Source: Macrostomum hystrix (lineage: Eukaryota > Animalia > Platyhelminthes). From it: a stretch of 64,000 bases of DNA. The stretch's first letter is position 1. Each line of letters starts with the position of its first letter. The translations under genes were made by a program, and so were the position numbers. The notes under the pieces are model-generated. The model did not search any database and was not told the origin of the DNA. It saw only the letters and a program-made list of their open reading frames with translations. Below are positions 51,066-59,212 of this stretch, one piece after another. Where the stretch lies: contig CATNEN010000031.1 of NCBI GenBank assembly GCA_950097015.1, positions 248,001 to 312,000 on the forward strand, given 5' to 3'.

Positions 51066-51829
51066 GATCCCAAGATCCTACCCAAGGTCTCCGCTCCAGC
51101 TCCGCCCTCATGCAGATGTCGTCAGTGTGTCCTTGATTCAAGACAGCTTGCGTTTCTTTAATTTTTTTTCATTTCCGCTGTTTCTCAATATTATACCCAC
51201 CCTGATGTTATTGTTGTTGCTTCTAACTGTTTTTTGCTTTGGCAACTAGCAATCCAGTGACTGTTATTAGTAATTTTCAAGCAAACGTAGGCTTTTAGGG
51301 TTTTGGACTCGTGCTGCCCAACAATGGCCAATGTGTGTTTTTTCAAATTCGTTTTGAGGATTAAGTAGCAAGAGATTAAACGCTTTTTTGCTATTAATTT
51401 ACTGAGCTGCTAAGAAAATTCACAACGTATTTTAAAGGTATCAGAAACCTATAACCATCAGTGACTAAATTAAAAGCGAAATATTACAATCAATACTGTC
51501 TTTACATTCGATCTTATTTCTAGTTACATATGTTCAACATCTTGATTGCATTGTTCAATAACCAGACCTGTAACCCAAACAAAGAAGTATTCTTTTCGTG
51601 TTTTCGTCCTCTTTTCTTCCTCGGTGACAAGTGCTTCACATTGCGATTCCTCTGTAAGTCAACTGCTTTATTAGCTAACCGATTGTCCGTGTCTGTCTGA
51701 TGCGAGTATCTCATCGTTTGCTGTTTGCTGTGCTAGTTGAACTTTGATTAACTTGCGCTGGACTTAATGTTAACCTGCCCTGTCTTGCACACTGTATCAT
51801 TCGACATAATCAGGTGGGTTAGACAGTTA

Positions 51830-52340
51830 GTCAGTCAGTTAGACACTCCCAGATCCTCAGGTTAGTCAGCCACACTCCCAGATCCTCAGGTTAGTCAGCC
51901 ACACTCCCAGATCCTCAGTTTATAGTCAGCCACACTCCCAGATCCTCAGGTTAGTCAGCCACACTCCCAGATCCTCAGGTTAGTCCGCCACACTCCCAGA
52001 TCCTCAGGTTAGTCAGCTACACTCCCAGATCCCAAGATTACTCAGCCACACTCCCAGATCCTCAGGTTAGTCAGCAACACTCCTAGATCCTCAGGTTAGT
52101 CAGCCACACTCCCAGATCCCAAGATTACTCAGCCACACTCCCAGATCCTCAGGTTAGTCAGCAACACTCCTAGATCCCCAGGATTCTCAGTCACACTCCC
52201 AGATCCACAGGTTACTCAGCCACACTCCCAGATCCCCAGGATTCTCAGCCACACTCCCAGATTCCCAGGTTACTCAGCCACACTCCCAGATTCTCAGGTT
52301 ACTCAGCCACACTCCCAGATCCCCAGGTTACTCAGCCAAC
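51830..52340. repeat. 29-bp minisatellite (GTTAGTCAGCCACACTCCCAGATCCTCAG)n, array 1
   Basis: About 17 tandem copies, diverging toward the 3' end. Confidence 0.95.
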
Positions 52341-53030
52341 TCCCTATCCCCAAGTTTCGTATAATCGTAACCAAGTGGTGTAGTTTTTGCCGGCTGTTTG
52401 TTATCGCATTGTCGAACCCCATCTGCAGAATCTGCAACTGTGCAAGTGTGTACTAGTCTATTTGAGGGCATGAATGCATAGGTTACATTTTCGGTTGAGT
52501 CTGTAATAATAGGATTAAGCCTCGCTATTACCTGTTGTGTTTGACCTCCAGCCTATCCACTGTTACTTTAATTTTTTTTCTTCTACCTGCGCCTCTCTTG
52601 AGCGTTGGCCCATTATTCTGGCTTCAGTCAGTGTTGTTTGCTGCTCCTGGTACTCGGAAAAATTAAAACCACATTCAGATACACACACATACACGCCACT
52701 GGCCCACTCTGAGGTAACTGGTCTGTCATTGTGGCCGCAATTTGTTATTTGTTTTGTTTTCATATTTCGCATTTGCTAGATCTAGCTAGTAGGGCATCTA
52801 GCTTGATTGGTTGGATTTTAATTATAAAATATTTCTTTTATATAGTCCCTTAACGAGGCCCCACTTTTTGGAAATAGCTTTGCTGTATTTTTAATTAGTG
52901 AATTTATAGAGGGGATATTTTATGCAGAGCTATCCGCTGACTATCAGAACCCTATGGCGCTTGCGGCATTATACGGTGCTGCGTGCTCACGAACCCAAGT
53001 TGGACCCGGCCAAAGTCTATTGATTTAAAC

Positions 53031-53641
53031 CAGGGGTAGGCTAACTTATTTGCTGGCGGGCCAAAGAGAGAACATAAAAGACGACAGCGGGCCGCATTGA
53101 CTGTATAAATATGAGATTGGGGAGAGATGAGACACGGGAGAAGATGAGACACGGGAGAGATTAGGCACGGGAGAGATGAGACACAGAAAGATGATACACG
53201 AGAGAGATGAGACACGGGAGAGATAAGACACAGGAGAGATTAGACACGGGAGAGATGAGACACGAGAGCGATGAGACACAGGAGAGATTAGACACAGGAG
53301 AGATTAGACACGGGAGAGATAAGACAGGGGAGTGATTAGACAGGGGAGAGTTTAGACACGGGAGAGATGAGACACAGGAGAGATTAGACACGGGAGAGAT
53401 AAGACAGGGGAGAGATTAGACAGGGGAGAGATTAGACAAGGGAGAGTTTAGACACGGGAGAGATTAGACACAGGAGAGATTAGACACGGGAGAGATAAGA
53501 CAGGGGAGAGATTAGACAGGGGAGAGATTAGACAAGGGAGAGATGAAACAGGACACTGTAGATGTCAGAAGGGGCAACGGGCCGGATTTGGGAGCTTCGA
53601 GGGCCGCATCTGGCCCGCGGGCCGGAGTTTGCCGACCCCTG
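53031..53641 (+). mobile_element. hAT (Charlie-like) MITE, long copy with an expanded internal ~18-bp minisatellite
   Basis: Same ends and flanking interior as 33036-33277; perfect 8-bp TSD ATTTAAAC. Confidence 0.93.
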
Positions 53642-54644
53642 ATTTAAACGGATTAGTGCGGCCAGATTATTCATCATATTCATAGGAAAGCATGAAGTTT
53701 AAGCAGACATTGTATACTGTTAGCTCATTTGTAGCATTAATTGCATCTAATACTGTGTACTGTACGACTGAATACTGAGTATGTACTTGCCGAATTGGTT
53801 GCAGATCGCTGTGCTAGCTTTTTGTTGCCTGTACTAGATTAGCGCTGGTCCAGTAGGCTTATAATTCTGTTTTTCCTACCACCCAGTCGCATTTCATATT
53901 CTGCTGGGCCTTGGCCTGTAATTTCCAGTGCATTACCCGCCACCATCCTCTCTCACACACTGGCTTCTGGCTGCTCACTGCAGTGGGGTGGTGGGGCTAG
54001 GTAAAAATTTGTCATGCATTTTCGGCTCTCAATCCCCTCATCTCGGCCTCATCTGGTCCCCCTTGACTCCGCACTGCCGCTGCAGTCTCTGCCTCTCTTC
54101 TGCTCGCCTCATCTGTTCAACCGGTTCTGCCCCTGCTTTTGCTAGAACAATGCAGCCAGTGGCATCGTAAATTCTCTCTATTTTCCCTATAGTTCTAGAG
54201 AAGTGATAGCGGAGCGATTTCTGCTGCGGCATTTTTAGATGCCTATTAAGCGAGCTAATTTGTTTGCCTCATCGAGTCACGTGACAGCTTCGTTTCCATC
54301 TATTTTACCATCCGGGGCATTGTTGCAGTCTCAGCTGATGAATCAAGCTCTAATCCTATGATTGCCTAGCATTTTGTATACTGTTATTTGATTTGCTATT
54401 TCTATTCTGACCTGAGCAAATGCTCGGCTGACAGCTGATTTCTTAAGCTTTTATCTGAAGCCGTAAATGCACTTGTATAATAATCTAGCCCAGCTAACGC
54501 CTCTGCAATTCCCAGCTTCCAATGCGGTCGAAATTTAATATTGTTATCGCCTCAATTATCCACAGCATCTAGCCCTGCTCACCGCAATCCTGAAGATACA
54601 TTTTTTTCGATAGATACATCGGGTGGCAAGGGTTCGATTCTAGG

Positions 54645-55630
54645 TCCATCCTAGATCCCAGATTGATCTGCCATCCTAGATCCCAGATTGATCTGCCATC
54701 CTAGATCCCAGATTGATCTGACATCCTATGTCTCCCATCTCCCATCCTAGATTCTGTCCTTAAGTCCCAATCTGCCATCCTAGATTCTGTCCCCAAGTCC
54801 CAATCTGCCATCCTAGATTCTGTCCCCAAGTCCCAATCTGCCATCCTAGATTCTGCCCTTAAGTCCCAATCTGCCATCCTAGGTCCTATTACCCATCCTA
54901 GATTTTGTTCTTAAGTCCTAATCTGCCATCCTTGGTCTCCCATGTCTCATCCGAGATTCTGTCCTTAAGTCCTAATCTGCCATCCTTGGTCTCCCATGCC
55001 TCATCCGAGATTCTGTCCTTAAATCCTAATCTGCCATCCTTGGTCTCCCATGCCTCATCCGAGATTCTGTCCTTAAATCCTAATCTGCCATCCTTGGTCT
55101 CCCATGCCTCATCCGAGATTCTGTCCTTAAGTCCTAATCTGCCATCCTTGGTCTCCCATGCCTCATCCGAGATTCTGTCCTTAAGTCCTAATCTGCCATC
55201 CTTGGTCTCCCATGTCTCATCCGAGATTCTGTCCTTAAGTCCTAATCTGCCATCCTTGGTCTCCCATGTCTCATCCGAGATTCTGTCCTTAAGTCCTAAT
55301 CTGCCATCCTTGGTCTCCCATGCCTCATCCGAGATTCTGTCCTTAAATCCTAATCTGCCATCCTTGGTCTCCCATGTCTCATCCGAGATTCTGTCCTTAA
55401 GTCCTAATCTGCCATCCTTGGTCTCCCATGTCTCATCCGAGATTCTGTCCTTAAGTCCTAATCTGCCATCCTTGGTCTCCCATGCCTCATCCGAGATTCT
55501 GTCCTTAAATCCTAATCTGCCATCCTTGGTCTCCCATGCCTCATCCGAGATTCTGTCCTTAAATCCTAATCTGCCATCCTTGGTCTCCCATGCCTCATCC
55601 GAGATTCTGTCCTTAAGTCCTAATCTGCCA
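54645..55630. repeat. Composite minisatellite with 25-bp, then 33-bp, then 54-bp units
   Basis: 25-mer x3; 33-mer x4 (starts at 54746, 54779, 54812, 54845); 54-mer x~13. Confidence 0.94.
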
Positions 55631-55729
55631 TTCTAGATTCCTTGCTCCCAACATGCCATCATTGATGCCCAGGTTCCAATCTTTCATCGTGTATTCCAAG
55701 ATTCTGTATTGTTTTCAGTCCAGCTCGCC

Positions 55730-56626
55730 ATGACGCGTCACTCGCGCAACAACACGTCGCACAGCGTGTACACTTATCACGAGAAGCGGCGCGACGCCCA
55801 GGCATCCGAGTACGGCACCAGAGAGATTCGCGTCGGTCGGGACAGTGTGAAAAAGTTCGACTGCTGCTGCCTAACTAATCAGCCGTGCCGCGACCCTGTG
55901 GTCACTCCACAGGGCCATCTGTACGATCGGGAGGCCATCCTGCAGTACATGCTTGAGCAGAAGCAGGAGCTGGCCAGGCAGGCCAAGGCTCGCGAGCGGC
56001 AGCTGGCGACGGAGGCGGCCAGGCTGGAGCGGGAGAAGGCCGAGCGTGAGCGCGAAGCCGAGGTCAGCAAATATCTCAGCGCCAACTGCGTGGCCGCCAA
56101 GGTGCCTGGCACAGATAAGAAGGCCGACGCCGAGCAGCCGCCAGCTGCCTCCAACTTCTGGATCCCTTCGGCAACGCCTTCATCTGCCTCGTCCAGTTCT
56201 GCTGCTGCCGCTTCTTTAATTTCTTCAACGTCGGCGGCCTCGGCGACGTCTAAGAAATCGTCAACCACGCCGTCAAATCAACCGGTCGAGCAAGTCCGCT
56301 GTCCAATGTCCAAGAAGCCGCTAAGATTGAAGGATCTTATTGCGGTGCGATTCAAACCGGCTCCCGGTGGTGGTGGTTACGTTTGCGCCCTCACCGGCGA
56401 CGCGTTGAACGACTCGACGCCGCTCTGTGTCATCCGACCATCTGGCTGCGTTGTCACCAAGGAGGCCGTTGATCGGCTAATTCGGCGAGAAATGCGCGAT
56501 CCGGTCAGCGGGCGCGAGCTTGTGCAGTCGGACATTGTGCCGCTTCAGCGTGGAGCCAGCGGCTTCGCTGGGAGCGGCCACAATCTATTGTCTAAGGATA
56601 CGGGTGTTGTGATGCACGTTGCTTAA
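55730..56626 (+). CDS. NOSIP: Nitric oxide synthase-interacting protein, intronless
   Basis: MTRHSRNNTSHSVYTYHEKRRD..YGT..RVGRDSVKKFDCCCL..QPCRDPVVTPQGHLYDREAILQY..CPMSKKPLRLKDLIAVRF..LQRGASGFAG. AATAAA at 56975. Confidence 0.96.
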   Translation: MTRHSRNNTSHSVYTYHEKRRDAQASEYGTREIRVGRDSVKKFDCCCLTNQPCRDPVVTPQGHLYDREAILQYMLEQKQELARQAKARERQLATEAARLEREKAEREREAEVSKYLSANCVAAKVPGTDKKADAEQPPAASNFWIPSATPSSASSSSAAAASLISSTSAASATSKKSSTTPSNQPVEQVRCPMSKKPLRLKDLIAVRFKPAPGGGGYVCALTGDALNDSTPLCVIRPSGCVVTKEAVDRLIRREMRDPVSGRELVQSDIVPLQRGASGFAGSGHNLLSKDTGVVMHVA

Positions 56627-56992
56627 CTCAAATGCATCTGTGATGCAACTGTGTGCAAATGGGTTGATCGAAGTGCATTTCACAGTTGGGTCTAGTTAGT
56701 GGCTAATTTGTCTAATTTGTTCTGCTCTACGGAAATCACTCTGTCTAACTCAGAATCTTTTGTATCGTGCGGTCTGTATAAATGACGCTCGTATGTGCTA
56801 ATGTACTGACTTGCATATTGCGTTCAATGTTATGTATTGCTTGCACAGCCTCCTCTGAATGCTGCTTTGTATTTGCTTGTTCAAGTCTTTAACTAAACTA
56901 AAATAGACTGAACTGCATTTGTATTCGTGTTCACTGCATCAGTAATTGTAAATGCGTACTCCTTTTATTCGAAAAATAAATCGGAAACAGTG

Positions 56993-57812
56993 AGCCACAC
57001 TCCCAGATCCTCAGGTTAGTCAGCCACACTCCCAGATCCTCAGGTTAGTCAGCCACACTGCCAGATCCTCAGGTTAGTCAGCCACACTCCCAGATCCTCA
57101 GGTTAGTCAGCCACACTGCCAGATCCTCAGGTTAGTCAGCCACACTCCCAGATCCTCAGGTTAGTCAGCCACACTGCCAGATCCTCAGGTTAGTCAGCCA
57201 CACTCCCAGATCCCCAGGTTAGTCAGCCACACTCCCAGATCCTCAGGTTAGTCAGTCACACTCCCAGATCCTCAGGTTAGTCAGCCACACTCCCAGATCC
57301 TCAGGTTAGTCAGCCACACTCCCAGATCCCCAGGTTAGTCAGCCACACTGCCAGATCCTCAGGTTAGTCAGCCACACTCCCAGATCCTCAGGTTAGTCAG
57401 TCACACTCCCAGATCCTCAGGTTAGTCAGCCACACTCCCAGATCCTCAGGTTAGTCAGCCACACTCCCAGATCCCCAGGTTAGTCAGCCACACTGCCAGA
57501 TCCCCAGGTTAGTCAGCCACACTCCCAGATCCCCAGGATTCTCAGCCACACTCCCAGATTCCCAGGTTACTCAGCCACACTCCCAGATTCTCAGGTTACT
57601 CAGCCACACTCCCAGATCCTCAGGTTAGTCAGCCACACTCCCAGATCCTCAGGTTAGTCAGTCACACTCCCAGATCCTCAGGTTAGTCAGCCATACTCCC
57701 AGATCCTCAGGTTAGTCAGCCACACTCCCAGATCCCCAGGTTACTCAGCCACACTCCCAGATCCCCAGGTTACTCAGTCACACTCCCAGATCCCAAGGTT
57801 ACTCAGCCACAC
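56993..57812. repeat. 29-bp minisatellite, array 2, filling the NOSIP-PIGU spacer
   Basis: About 28 tandem copies of the same unit as 51830-52340. Confidence 0.96.
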
Positions 57813-57860
57813 CCTCTATCCCCAAGTTTAGTATCATTGTGTACAATACCACCGCAGCTT

Positions 57861-57885
57861 TAACTAATCGCCACGCAACTTGCAG
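57861..57885 (+). promoter_or_regulatory. Candidate branch point plus 3' splice acceptor (putative SL trans-splice site) at the head of PIGU
   Basis: taACTAATcgccacgcaacttgcAG; the AG ends exactly at a codon boundary of the PIGU frame. Confidence 0.6.
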
Positions 57886-59211
57886 GCACTGACAATATTC
57901 GGCCTGACCGCTGTTGAGCTGGCACTCTGTCTAGCCGGCTGCCTCAGTCGTCTAGCCCTTCGAAGCTGGCTCACTCCACAGTCAGTGCGCGCCTGGTCCA
58001 GCTCACCTGTTGAGACCTGGACTGCGGTGCGCGAATACCTGGCCCTTCGTCGGGCTGGCGTTGACCCCTACGATGGCAGCGTGCTGCACCTGCCGCCGCT
58101 GTCTCTGCGCCTGATGCTGGCCGCCGACAGTCTGCTGGGCGGTGGCAACGGAGAGCGCGCCTGGCCAGTCCTGCTAGCTTTGGAACTGGCGGGCTGCCTG
58201 GCGCTGAAGCGGCTTCTGCGCGAGTTCGGCGCCTACTCCCTGCGGCGACAGGCGGACAACGTCGCCGATTACAGCTCAGCCAGCACCTCCATGCTGCTGT
58301 CTAGCGATAGTCTTCGCCGACTCCGGCTGCCAGTGCTGGCCGTCTACTGGCTCAATCCCTACGGCCTGGCGGATTCAGTTGCCGAGTCGACTGCGCCGCT
58401 TAGCAACCTGCTTATTCTGCTCTGCCTGGCCGAACTCTGCCGCGGCCGGGTCGCCTTCGCCGGAGCACTCTGCGCCGGCGCAGCCTACCACAGCCTGTAC
58501 CCGGCCTGTCTCATTGTGCCAGTCTGCCTGGCTGGCCCGGTTCGTCCGGCCCTTCTGGCGTTCTGTGGCACCCTGGCCAGCCTATTAGCGGCCTCCTTCA
58601 CCCTGTCTGGCGGCAGCTGGGCATTCCTGCACTCAGTGTACGCATTCCACGCTTTGGCGCCGGACCACACGCCCGCCTTCAGCCTGTCCTGGTATCTGTT
58701 CTGCGAAGCTTTCGACCATTTTCGCGGCCTATTTCAGGCGTTGTTCCAAATGAATCTTCTGTGCGCGGTGGCACCGCTGGCCATCAGATTCCGCACTGAT
58801 CCCTGCTTCCTGGCTGTAATTTTCTGGGCCTACACCGCCTCATTCAAGCCCTACTGCTGCGTGTCGGAGCAGGCTGCTGTTGCCTGTCTGTTTGTCATGT
58901 ACGGCCAGCTGCACTCCCACATGCGCCGAGCTCTGGTGGCCATCATCCTCCTGATTGTGGCCTTCGTGCTGGCTCCCATCATGCACCACCTGTGGCTGTA
59001 TCCGGGCAGTGCCAATTCCAATTTCTACTTTGCCATCTCGCTGCTGCATTGCACTGCAATGGCCCTGCTGCTCTACATGTTCTGCATCGCCTATCTGAAG
59101 CGGGAATTCCTGCTGCGCCACGGAGCCGAGCCTCTGAAATTTAGCGACGGAACTGAGGCTAAAATTTTGCTGCAGGCGCCGACAGCAAAGCTGCTGTTCA
59201 TTGGAAAATGA
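57886..59211 (+). CDS. PIGU: GPI transamidase component PIG-U (CDC91/GAB1 family), no internal introns, no genomic ATG for the N-terminus
   Basis: SSPVETWTAVRE..L...GVDPYDGSVLHLPPL, YWLNPY, DHTPAFSLSWYLFCEAFDHFRGLF, HHLWLYPGSANSNFYFAISL, LKREFLLRHG..DGTEAKILL. Confidence 0.93.
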   Translation, partial: ALTIFGLTAVELALCLAGCLSRLALRSWLTPQSVRAWSSSPVETWTAVREYLALRRAGVDPYDGSVLHLPPLSLRLMLAADSLLGGGNGERAWPVLLALELAGCLALKRLLREFGAYSLRRQADNVADYSSASTSMLLSSDSLRRLRLPVLAVYWLNPYGLADSVAESTAPLSNLLILLCLAELCRGRVAFAGALCAGAAYHSLYPACLIVPVCLAGPVRPALLAFCGTLASLLAASFTLSGGSWAFLHSVYAFHALAPDHTPAFSLSWYLFCEAFDHFRGLFQALFQMNLLCAVAPLAIRFRTDPCFLAVIFWAYTASFKPYCCVSEQAAVACLFVMYGQLHSHMRRALVAIILLIVAFVLAPIMHHLWLYPGSANSNFYFAISLLHCTAMALLLYMFCIAYLKREFLLRHGAEPLKFSDGTEAKILLQAPTAKLLFIGK

Positions 59212-59212
59212 T

